NCBI GenBank assembly: GCA_002373615.1
Contig: DFKU01000055.1
Location: 1,369 to 45,760 of the forward strand
Source: Alphaproteobacteria bacterium UBA3637
Lineage (GTDB): Bacteria; Pseudomonadota; Alphaproteobacteria; CAAHEQ01; UBA3637
Reading direction: 5' to 3'
DNA: 44,392 bases
Made by a program: the position numbers and the translations under genes. Below the pieces are notes generated by a model. It saw only the letters and a list, made by a program, of their open reading frames with translations. It had not been told where the DNA came from and made no database searches. Positions 18,055 through 26,184 of the stretch are shown one piece after another (the first letter of the stretch is position 1; every line of letters starts with the position of its first letter).

Positions 18055-19932
18055 TTATTTTTTCTTAACAATCATCATAGTAATGTCATCTGATTGTGGA
18101 GCGTCTTTTACAAAGCGTTGAATGCTTTTACGGACATGTGTCAAGGTATCAGGCAAAGAGAGTTTCTTTTGATTCAAAACTTTTTTAAGGCGTTCAGGAC
18201 CAAACAGTTTTTCCCCTTTTGTTTGCGCCTCAGTCACACCGTCGGTATAAAGGAACAATTGTTCGCCTTTTTTAAGGTTAAAGTGTCCCACTTCATATTG
18301 ATAATTAGGGGTCACGCCCAGAACCAAATTGCGCACTACATCCACATAAGCATAACCTGTTGAAGTTTTATGAAGGGGAGGACAATGTCCGGCATTAATG
18401 TATTCCACTTTGCCAGATTTTAAATTCATTATCCCAACAAATGCCGTCACAAACATACCGCGGGCATGGTTATCGCAAAGCGTTTTGTTGGCTTTAGAGA
18501 TGGCTTCTTGCAAGGGATACCCCGCCTGAAGCATATTCTTGATCGCTGTTTTAGCTGACATCATATAAAGCGCTGCCGTAATTCCTTTACCGGACACGTC
18601 CGCCATCAAAAAAGCGAGGTGATTTTCATCCACAGGGAAGAAATCATAAAAATCCCCCCCTACTTCGCGCGCGGGTGTCATCATAGCCAATAGTTCAAAA
18701 TTTTTATTTTGTGGAAAATCGGTCGGCAAGGCTGAGGCTTGAATTGTTTTGGCGATGGCGAGTTCCGATTCTATTTTTTCCTTTTCTGAAGAAATCTTGG
18801 CCAATTGCATCAAGTGTGTTTTGATATCCAACTTCATTTTATTAAAGACTTTGGCAAGCTGAGCCAACTCAGAGGGTTCGTTTAACTGAATGCTTTGATT
18901 CAAATTTCCACGACTGATTTTTAAAGCAATTTGGGAAAGTTGTTGAATTGGATCGTTGATGTTTCGACGCAATACCCAATACAAGGTTATGACAATCAAA
19001 AGTGTACTGATTAAAAGGACCGTCAGCAAAATAATCAGATGGTGGATTGCTGCCCCAAATAATTCAAACAAAGGCACATTGACGATCAAAAAGAAGCCAT
19101 TGTTGAGCTGTTTAAGATAGGGAACATAAATTGTTCCGTTATAGGTGAATGCTTTACCTTCTTGAAGAGTGGGTGAATACCATGAAAGCATTTTTAAGGG
19201 TTTACCAAAAACAGAAGCATTATCAATATCAGGTTCAGTTGTGGCAATGATGTAGTCCTTGAGCGTATCCCCAAATAAAACAAAGCTGTTAGGTGTTGGT
19301 TTGATTTTTAAAATGGATTTTAAAATTGTATCCATATCCCAATCCACCGTTGCCATACCGACTAAATTTTGCCCCTCATATATTCCTGCCCCAACCGTTG
19401 TCATCAAATTGCCCAACTGAGTACTTTTATAGGGTTTTGCCCAAGAGACAGTGTGCCCCTTTTCCAAATCTGACAAAATTTCGGGATACCAATTTTGTTT
19501 AAAATAATCAAATGTATTTGCGGTGCAAGAGGCCAGCCCTTCAATTTGATTTTTTCCCTTCCAAACAGCATGAATACAAGACTTTTTTTGATCCTTAGTT
19601 ATTTTATAAGGACGAAAATAAATACCATTTCCCATGGAATTAGGATAATTTTTTAGGATTTCTTTTGTAAGAAATTCCCCCTCTGATTGTTGTTTTCCAT
19701 TGAGGTAATAAAGCTGAGCCATCACAGATAAATCCATTGCATTTTTTTCAAGTTCTGCAATTTCTGTATTCATTTGACCTTCAAAAGCAGTAATAGAAGC
19801 CTTATTCCCCGCTATAATCAATTCTTTATCGTGATAAAAGGCGGTAACTGCCGCCCCGGTCACAATCATCCCCAGGACAAGCAACAACATGAAAGTCAAA
19901 AAAATAATTTTAGATTTGATACTGGCTAACAT
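18055..19932 (-). CDS. Membrane PP2C/SpoIIE (RsbU-like) phosphatase with Cache-like sensor and HAMP domains
   Basis: Two TMs flank a periplasmic 'WY…SWAKPY' domain. HAMP 'ELAQLAKVFNKM'; phosphatase motifs 'VGGDFYD', 'ADVSGKG', 'NAGH', 'YTDGVTEA' and 'SDDIT'. Confidence 0.93.
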   Translation of the reverse strand: MLASIKSKIIFLTFMLLLVLGMIVTGAAVTAFYHDKELIIAGNKASITAFEGQMNTEIAELEKNAMDLSVMAQLYYLNGKQQSEGEFLTKEILKNYPNSMGNGIYFRPYKITKDQKKSCIHAVWKGKNQIEGLASCTANTFDYFKQNWYPEILSDLEKGHTVSWAKPYKSTQLGNLMTTVGAGIYEGQNLVGMATVDWDMDTILKSILKIKPTPNSFVLFGDTLKDYIIATTEPDIDNASVFGKPLKMLSWYSPTLQEGKAFTYNGTIYVPYLKQLNNGFFLIVNVPLFELFGAAIHHLIILLTVLLISTLLIVITLYWVLRRNINDPIQQLSQIALKISRGNLNQSIQLNEPSELAQLAKVFNKMKLDIKTHLMQLAKISSEKEKIESELAIAKTIQASALPTDFPQNKNFELLAMMTPAREVGGDFYDFFPVDENHLAFLMADVSGKGITAALYMMSAKTAIKNMLQAGYPLQEAISKANKTLCDNHARGMFVTAFVGIMNLKSGKVEYINAGHCPPLHKTSTGYAYVDVVRNLVLGVTPNYQYEVGHFNLKKGEQLFLYTDGVTEAQTKGEKLFGPERLKKVLNQKKLSLPDTLTHVRKSIQRFVKDAPQSDDITMMIVKKK

Positions 19933-19953
19933 CTATTTCCCCTTTTAGAGTCT

Positions 19954-20493
19954 TTATTCCGAAATTTCCAGGGAAGCCGTCTTGGATTTTTTCATCATTA
20001 GAAGTTTTTTATCAAGAGCATTTAGCTGATGCATTAACCAATGAGCCTCCAATGTTTCTGGTGTCACGGGAACTTTTTTCCCCAATAAAACAGATTCAAA
20101 ATCAGGCCGAAAAGAAATCTCAGGGCCTTGAAGTATAACCTTTTTTTCATGAAGGGTAATTGTTCCCCCCTGCACCAACAAAATAATCCCCACAGCAACC
20201 AAGGAAAGCTGAAGACGATTTTCAACCACGCCTTCAAAGGTTATCTTTTGTCCCCAAGTTTTAAGGTAATCAGAGATAATCGTTGCATTGATTTCACGCG
20301 TTTCCGCCCCAAAGAGTGCGCGGTAAAACCTGAGGCGTGCCATCAGCATAAGGCTGTTTTGTTTTAACATTTTTCCCGCCTCAGAAATGAAAGTTGGGTC
20401 AATTTCCATGAGTTCTGTTGTAGAGGCCATTGCCCCAATACCGCCGGCCAGATCGTGGCTGATTTTCACAACAATTGCTTCTGTCAAATTCAT
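19954..20493 (-). CDS. chpT: Histidine phosphotransferase ChpT-like protein
   Basis: 'KISHDLAGGIGA…ELM' phospho-His helix and 'ARLRFYRALFG' motif, followed by a degenerate CA-like domain. Confidence 0.75.
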   Translation of the reverse strand: MNLTEAIVVKISHDLAGGIGAMASTTELMEIDPTFISEAGKMLKQNSLMLMARLRFYRALFGAETREINATIISDYLKTWGQKITFEGVVENRLQLSLVAVGIILLVQGGTITLHEKKVILQGPEISFRPDFESVLLGKKVPVTPETLEAHWLMHQLNALDKKLLMMKKSKTASLEISE

Positions 20494-21368
20494 TTTTTCT
20501 TTCCTTTTAAAGTATCAAAAACAGTTTTTCCTATTTTATCCGGGGTATCAATCCAAATAGCCTTTGCCCGAGTTAAAAGCTGTTTTTTGTTTTCAATCAC
20601 ATCTGAAAATAAAACAGATTTCATGCCCAATAAGGGGGCCTTATCTGAACGTGCCAAGGCCCTTCCTGGGATATAGACAAATAATTTTTTAGGGTGATTT
20701 TTGGCATAAAAAGCAGCTAATTCTTCCTCTAATAGGCCATGCACCTGCCCCACCACCAAAATGGCTTTCGTTGATTTATCTGCATTTAAAGCCTGAAGAA
20801 TAGGGATAAAGGTTGTTCCAATCAAATGGTCTGCCCCCAAGGAAACGCATTGAGAAATGCCGAGATTATAAGAATTTAACTGACTTACCGCTTCAAACAT
20901 CAAAGAGGAAGAACGCCCGATAAGAGCAATATTACCCGCTTTAAAAAGAGGTGTTGGCATGGTTCCTGCAATTGCCTGATTCACATTCAAGATACCCGCA
21001 GAAGAAGGCCCCAACAAAGTCACCTTTGCCCTTTCTGCTGCCCATTTCATTTTAAGGGCATCGTGCATCGGCACATGTTCTGTCGTACAGATAATAAGTG
21101 GAATTTTAGCTTTCACCGCTTCCAAAACATCCGAAAGCGCTTTTTGAGGTGTGGAAAAAATGACACTGACTTTAGGACGTTTGGCGCGCACTGCTTGAGC
21201 AACCGTTTTATAAAGAGGAATTCCATTTAATTTACCAAGAGCTTCCGCCCCTGTTCCTGCCACAACATTCGTTCCATAGTGAAGTGCTTTTTCAGTTTGA
21301 TAACGTCCCATTGTTGAAGTAATTCCTTGGAAAAGGATAGGCGTTTTTTTATTTGGAAAGAAAAACAT
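20490..21368 (-). CDS. sucD: Succinyl-CoA synthetase alpha-subunit homologue, catalytically divergent
   Basis: 'QGITS…YGTNVVAG', 'IICTTEHVP.HD', 'LLGP' and 'GISQCVSLGAD' are SucD-like, but the GHAGA phospho-His loop is absent. Confidence 0.85.
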   Translation of the reverse strand: MFFFPNKKTPILFQGITSTMGRYQTEKALHYGTNVVAGTGAEALGKLNGIPLYKTVAQAVRAKRPKVSVIFSTPQKALSDVLEAVKAKIPLIICTTEHVPMHDALKMKWAAERAKVTLLGPSSAGILNVNQAIAGTMPTPLFKAGNIALIGRSSSLMFEAVSQLNSYNLGISQCVSLGADHLIGTTFIPILQALNADKSTKAILVVGQVHGLLEEELAAFYAKNHPKKLFVYIPGRALARSDKAPLLGMKSVLFSDVIENKKQLLTRAKAIWIDTPDKIGKTVFDTLKGKKK

Positions 21369-22507
21369 TACTGATCTCCTTTCGTTTGTTTTACAACGGC
21401 CGAAACAGCATCCATCATTTTATCCATAACTAAAAAGGGGGAAATAGAATGACTTAAAAGAAGCGCCCCTTGATCTGCATCTAACCCCACCATGCGCACC
21501 ACAACGGGAATGCCCGTTGAAATTTCCGGAGAGGCAGCCAACAAGCCTTCTGCAATGATTTTACAACTGGTCAAGCCCCCAAAAATATTTACTAAAATCC
21601 CATCCACATTTGGTTCGGCCAAGGCTAACTTCATGGCTTTTGTAATCGCATTAGCAGAGGGCTCCGTCCCCACATCCAGTAAGCAAGCTACCTGTCCCTC
21701 TTTTTGATGAATCATATCTATTGTCGCCCAACCTAAACCTATCCCATTTGTCAAGCACGCAATATTGCCATTCATTTTTGTGTAGCGAAACGCATTTTTC
21801 TTGGCCAACGCCTCCCGTTCATGACCCAGCTTTGTTTCTTGGCATTTCACAATTTCGGGAAAACGAAAGAGTGAATCCGGGTCAAAAACCAATCGGCCAT
21901 CCACCACCACCAAAGTCTTATCATTTTGAACAATGGGATTCAGTTCAACTGCTACTGCCCCATAAGAAGTAAACAATTGAAAAGCCTTGCGTACTATATC
22001 CCACAACATTTTTGCAATTTTAGAATCATGAATCCTCATTATCTTTAAGATTTCTTTTTTACATGAAGATTCAAGTTTTAAATTTTTTAAATAATAAGTC
22101 TTTTCTCCGCGATCCGAAACAAGAGTCAAAGTATAAGTTTGTTGATTAAAATCAACCCTGAACACAAAACGGCAAAGAGATTTTTTGGGGATGGCTTGTT
22201 CCACATAAACACGGGTAATAGTAGCTGGGACATTGGATGGAAATCCCTTAATTTTTTTCCCAAAAAGAGCATCCGAAATTTCAAAAACTTGAGATTCAGA
22301 TTCTGCCAATTTTCTGTCCAACAACGCATTCGGTTTTGAATTTGGAGAATATCCCAACAAAATTTGCGGTTTTATCCAAAAAGGTCCCTGACCTATTTTT
22401 TTTGCAACCCCACAAGCCTCATGAGGGGTATAAGCAACACCCCCAGGCAGAACGGGCAGCCCCACCTTTTTAAAAATTTCTTTGACATAGTATTCGTGAA
22501 GTTCCAT
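21368..22507 (-). CDS. sucC: Succinyl-CoA synthetase beta-subunit homologue, catalytically divergent
   Basis: 'MELHEY', 'ELNPI', 'DGRLVFDPDSLFR', 'GNIACLTNGIGL', 'LDVG' and 'ILVNIFGG' are SucC-like, but the GGRGK loop is absent. Start set at ATG 22507. Confidence 0.85.
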   Translation of the reverse strand: MELHEYYVKEIFKKVGLPVLPGGVAYTPHEACGVAKKIGQGPFWIKPQILLGYSPNSKPNALLDRKLAESESQVFEISDALFGKKIKGFPSNVPATITRVYVEQAIPKKSLCRFVFRVDFNQQTYTLTLVSDRGEKTYYLKNLKLESSCKKEILKIMRIHDSKIAKMLWDIVRKAFQLFTSYGAVAVELNPIVQNDKTLVVVDGRLVFDPDSLFRFPEIVKCQETKLGHEREALAKKNAFRYTKMNGNIACLTNGIGLGWATIDMIHQKEGQVACLLDVGTEPSANAITKAMKLALAEPNVDGILVNIFGGLTSCKIIAEGLLAASPEISTGIPVVVRMVGLDADQGALLLSHSISPFLVMDKMMDAVSAVVKQTKGDQ

Positions 22508-22521
22508 AAAGCCCCTTTTTT

Positions 22522-23424
22522 TTATTTCATTGTATTGGACCAATCAAAACTTGTCAATCTTTTTTTCAAATCCTGCCATCTTTCTTGGATACTTTTTTGA
22601 TGTTCTTGATAGATAAGAGGTTTTAAAAACGTATTCAACTTTTTATCCAAATCTTCCATATTGGAAAAAGTATTGACTTGACCATTATTGATTAAGGAAA
22701 CATCCCCAGTTTCTTCCGAGACGACCAAGCAAAGAGCATCGGTATTTTCGCTGAGGCCGATGGCAGCCCGATGACGCGTTCCATAGCGCCAACTGAGGTC
22801 AGGAGTTGTAGAAAGAGGTAAAATTGCCCCCGCTGAAACAATTCTTTTCCCACGTATCAAGACTGCCCCATCGTGCAAAGGTGTATTTACAAAAAAGATA
22901 TTGATTAAAAGTTCAGCGGATAAAACAGCATCCAAAGATATCCCCCCTGTCAAGGCTGCATCCAAGGGTTCTTGATTTTCAAAAACGATCAAAGCCCCCG
23001 TTTTATGGCTGCGCCAGTAAGAAATTGTCTGCATCAATAAGTTCACCAAATCTTTTCCTTCTTTGCGGCGCTTTTTATGTGACCACGCATCCCATGATAA
23101 ATTGTTTCCGAAACGTGCCATAAGGCGACGAAGTTCCGGTTGAAAAATCACCACGAATGAAAGCAAAACAAGCAGTAAAAGATTCTTGAGAAGACTGCTT
23201 AAAATATTCAAATGAAAAAGAGAAAAAATTTCACCAACTAACCATACAACAACCAAAAAGCACAAAACCCCTTTAAGTGTTTTTTCGGCTGGGGAATTTT
23301 TAATGAGGTGTGAATATCCATACCACAGTAAAAAGACTATGATACCAATTTGGAGCAAGAAGCTGGCCCAAGTGAGTCCATACCCCCCCAACAATGATTG
23401 TAAATTTAGACTTAAATTTCCCAT
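22522..23424 (-). CDS. cdaA: Membrane-bound diadenylate cyclase (CdaA/DacA)
   Basis: Three N-terminal TMs, 'VIFQPELRR', 'GALIV', intact catalytic 'LHDGA' and 'GTRHRAA', and 'VVSEETG'. Confidence 0.93.
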   Translation of the reverse strand: MGNLSLNLQSLLGGYGLTWASFLLQIGIIVFLLWYGYSHLIKNSPAEKTLKGVLCFLVVVWLVGEIFSLFHLNILSSLLKNLLLLVLLSFVVIFQPELRRLMARFGNNLSWDAWSHKKRRKEGKDLVNLLMQTISYWRSHKTGALIVFENQEPLDAALTGGISLDAVLSAELLINIFFVNTPLHDGAVLIRGKRIVSAGAILPLSTTPDLSWRYGTRHRAAIGLSENTDALCLVVSEETGDVSLINNGQVNTFSNMEDLDKKLNTFLKPLIYQEHQKSIQERWQDLKKRLTSFDWSNTMK

Positions 23425-23500
23425 TGTTCCCCTCTTTTTTTATCAGAAAGAAGGATAAACAAACGGGTAAGTTTTGTCAAGCGATTTTTAAAATTTTTAG

Positions 23501-23528
23501 AGATTCTTCACATTCCGTCAGAATGACA
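23501..23528 (+). repeat. REP-like palindrome
   Basis: AGATTCTtcacattccgtcAGAATGACA. Confidence 0.55.
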
Positions 23529-23535
23529 AAAATTT

Positions 23536-23781
23536 TTAAGCGGCTCGGCCCATTTGGCGTTGGCGCATTAAGGCAAGCATTTTTTGTTTGGCCTGATTGG
23601 CTTTTTCCCCCGCTTCTTTCGCACGGCGTTTTTCTTCTTCAAGTTTGCGTTTATTTTCTTCCTCTAATTTTTTGGTACGCTCTTCATAATAAGCAGCGCG
23701 CCGTTCTTCAATTTGACGGCGTTTAGTGGCCTTTTCCATTTCTTGAGTTTGATCAGTTTGAGGTCTTTCATTTTCTTCCAT
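23536..23781 (-). CDS. Hypothetical coiled-coil protein (81 aa)
   Basis: RBS AAGGAG, an upstream TTGACA…TATAAT and a highly charged helix. Confidence 0.65.
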   Translation of the reverse strand: MEENERPQTDQTQEMEKATKRRQIEERRAAYYEERTKKLEEENKRKLEEEKRRAKEAGEKANQAKQKMLALMRQRQMGRAA

Positions 23782-23985
23782 GTGGGACTCCTTTCACTTC
23801 ACGATTATATTATATCACAGATTTGAAATCTGTCAAAAAAATTTGAAAGATTCTGAGCCGTGGCGACACCGTAGGTGGCAATCAAGTTTAGAATGGAAGA
23901 TTTTTCCACTTGCAATTTGGTGCAAAATGTGCTTATATGCAGAGTATCAAACAAAAGTGTCAACATTAAGAGAAAGGAAAATAAA

Positions 23986-24993
23986 ATGACATTAAAAGTA
24001 GCCATCAATGGCTTTGGCCGTATCGGTCGTTTGGTTTATCGTGCTTGGTTGGAATCCGGGCGTAAGGACTTGGATATCGTTGCTATCAACGATTTAGGGG
24101 ATGCCGCCGCCAATGCTTATTTATTAAAATATGATTCCGTGCACAGAAAATTGGACATGGACATTCGTGCCGAAGGCGAATATTTGATTGCCGGCGACAA
24201 AAAGACAAAGGTGACCGCTGAACGCGATCCTTCCAAACTCCCTTGGAAAGAAATGGACATTGATATCGTGTTTGAATGCACAGGTATCTTTGCCGCCAAA
24301 GAAAAAGCCAAAGTACATTTGGAAGCCGGTGCAAAGCGTGTGTTGGTGTCTGCCCCATCAGAAGGTGCCGACAAGACCATCGTGTATGGTGTGAACCAAA
24401 ACACTCTGACAAAAGAAGACTTGGTCGTTTCCAATGCCTCCTGCACCACCAACTGCTTGGCCCCTGTGGTCTATGTGTTGCAAAAAGCTTTCGGCATTAA
24501 GCAAGGTTTCATGACAACCATTCACAGCTATACGAATGACCAAAAGATTTTGGATCAATTGCATAAAGATTTGTATCGTGCCCGCGCTGCTGCCATGAGC
24601 ATGATTCCCACAAAGACCGGTGCTGCCAAAGCCATCGGTTTGGTGATGCCTGAATTGGCCGGCAAATTGGACGGCGTGTCCATCCGCGTACCAACCCCTG
24701 ATGTTTCTTTGGTGGATGCCAACTTCATCATGGAAAAAGAAGTAACCGTGGACGAAGTGAATGCCGCTTTGAAGGCCGCCGCAGAAGGTGAATTAAAAGG
24801 TGTGTTAGGCTATAATACTGAAAAGTTAGTCAGCATTGACTTTACACACAACCCACATTCATCCACCTTTGATGCCAATGGCACCAAGGTTATGGGTGGT
24901 ACACAATTGCGCATTATGAGCTGGTATGACAACGAATGGGGATTCTCCAACCGTATGTTAGATACAGCTGTTGCCATGGGCAAATTGTTGTAA
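23986..24993 (+). CDS. gap: Glyceraldehyde-3-phosphate dehydrogenase, type I
   Basis: 'INGFGRIGR', 'SNASCTTNCLAP' and 'SWYDNEWG'. Start at ATG 23986 behind AAGGA. Confidence 0.98.
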   Translation: MTLKVAINGFGRIGRLVYRAWLESGRKDLDIVAINDLGDAAANAYLLKYDSVHRKLDMDIRAEGEYLIAGDKKTKVTAERDPSKLPWKEMDIDIVFECTGIFAAKEKAKVHLEAGAKRVLVSAPSEGADKTIVYGVNQNTLTKEDLVVSNASCTTNCLAPVVYVLQKAFGIKQGFMTTIHSYTNDQKILDQLHKDLYRARAAAMSMIPTKTGAAKAIGLVMPELAGKLDGVSIRVPTPDVSLVDANFIMEKEVTVDEVNAALKAAAEGELKGVLGYNTEKLVSIDFTHNPHSSTFDANGTKVMGGTQLRIMSWYDNEWGFSNRMLDTAVAMGKLL

Positions 24994-24998
24994 GAAAG

Positions 24999-25025
24999 AG
25001 ATCCCCCGCCAAGCGAGGGACGACA
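24999..25025 (+). repeat. REP-like palindrome
   Basis: AGATCCCCCGccaagCGAGGGACGACA is near-identical to 78-105. Confidence 0.75.
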
Positions 25026-25030
25026 AAAAA

Positions 25031-25061
25031 GGCACCTCTGGGAAACCGGGGGTGTTTTTTT
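25031..25061 (+). terminator. Terminator of gap
   Basis: GGCACCTCTGG-gaaa-CCGGGGGTGTT followed by a T run. Confidence 0.8.
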
Positions 25062-25097
25062 GTTGACATAAATTTTATAAAATGCTAGTTTTAAAAA

Positions 25098-25275
25098 TGG
25101 AATGAGATGACGTCCGTTCCAGAGGGTTAAACTCCTCTTAGTAGTTGTCCGTGAGGACGTAAAACTTCCAGCCAAGGCTGGAAGGTCGCCAAAAAAGATC
25201 TCTGGTCAAATAAGCGCACTATTACTACTAATAGAGTTTAACTTCCAGTCGCTTTCGTAAAGCGGTTTATTTTTT
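25098..25275 (+). ncRNA. Candidate structured ncRNA or 5' leader (family not identified)
   Basis: Promoter TTGACA-17-TAGTTT (25063-25091), several stacked hairpins, and a terminator-like CGCTTT-cgt-AAAGCG plus T run. Confidence 0.55.
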
Positions 25276-25290
25276 AAAAAAGGAAGTAAA

Positions 25291-25833
25291 ATGGATTTTA
25301 TAAAATTAAAAAAGAAAAAAGATCGTTTTGAAATATATCTATTCGGAGCAAAATGGACTTTCTATAGATATTTGCGTATTATACGAGAAATTTTTTTGAT
25401 GGCCCATTTTGCTCAATTACAAGAAACATTAAAAACAAAGTTTAACGTGACTTTACCAAAAGAGGCCTATCACCATCTGTCAGGGGATGTGGAACTGGTA
25501 AAAATTCCTTTAAAAGAATTACGCGTTCCGTGCGGACACAGAAAAACCTGTCCTATCCCAGAAACCCGGGTTTATAAGTGGTTAAATTCTGATCGAAAAG
25601 AACCTTATTTTTGGAACTATAATGAGGCAAATGTGTATATTCCAGAATCCAAAAAAGATTCACAAAAGCGGATGGAGGAGTTAGCCCTTTCCCTGATGGA
25701 CAAATATGATCCATCCAAATGCGTCATTTGTGTGCGCAAAAATAACGTTATGATTGATGGGCAACATAGGGCTGCTGTTCTTTACAAAAGATATGGAGGG
25801 GATTATAAGGTTTTAGTTGTCAGAGAAAAGTAA
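25291..25833 (+). CDS. ParB/sulfiredoxin-like domain protein
   Basis: C-terminal 'ICVRKNNVMIDGQHRAA' matches the ParB/Srx 'IDGxHR' motif. Confidence 0.6.
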   Translation: MDFIKLKKKKDRFEIYLFGAKWTFYRYLRIIREIFLMAHFAQLQETLKTKFNVTLPKEAYHHLSGDVELVKIPLKELRVPCGHRKTCPIPETRVYKWLNSDRKEPYFWNYNEANVYIPESKKDSQKRMEELALSLMDKYDPSKCVICVRKNNVMIDGQHRAAVLYKRYGGDYKVLVVREK

Positions 25834-25852
25834 ATTTGGTGCGGGCGAAAGG
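25834..25852 (-). repeat. Distal att site (duplicated tRNA-Leu 3' end)
   Basis: Identical to 43482-43500. Confidence 0.93.
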
Positions 25853-25926
25853 TTCTGCACCATTTTTGCCCTGTTAGCTTTATTTTATTGGTTTTATGGA
25901 TCATTGTCAATACCCTTTTTTTAAAA

Positions 25927-25953
25927 TGAATCACACCATGCATCACACTTTTT
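25927..25953 (+). promoter_or_regulatory. Putative integrase arm-type sites (TGMATCACAC tandem)
   Basis: TGAATCACACC and TGCATCACACTTTTT. The same words recur at 43316-43358. Confidence 0.6.
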
Positions 25954-26184
25954 ATATTATAATGTAATGGGAATTAAAAATACATAGCTTTTTATCCATC
26001 CCAGAAAATTTCTAGGTCAATTTTGGAGCTGATGAACATGGAAAACTGGATACTTCTACAACCATCTAAGCCAAAATTGAGTTTCCCAAAGGATTTTTAT
26101 AAAAAAAGAATGCCCGCTTTTGTAGACGGACATTCCTGCCTTGATAATTGGAACGTTTACTAAAACATTCCACAAGACGCCTTA

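Noticed and set aside
22522-23424. CBASS-like or other cyclic-nucleotide anti-phage system
   Set aside because: The cyclase is a membrane CdaA/DAC type rather than a CD-NTase, no effector (nuclease, TIR, phospholipase) is adjacent, and the context is not an island.
25146-25166. GTCC-GTGA-GGAC-GTAAA resembling hammerhead ribozyme stem II
   Set aside because: The required CUGAnGA before the stem and GAAA after it are absent. Kept only as part of the unidentified structured RNA.
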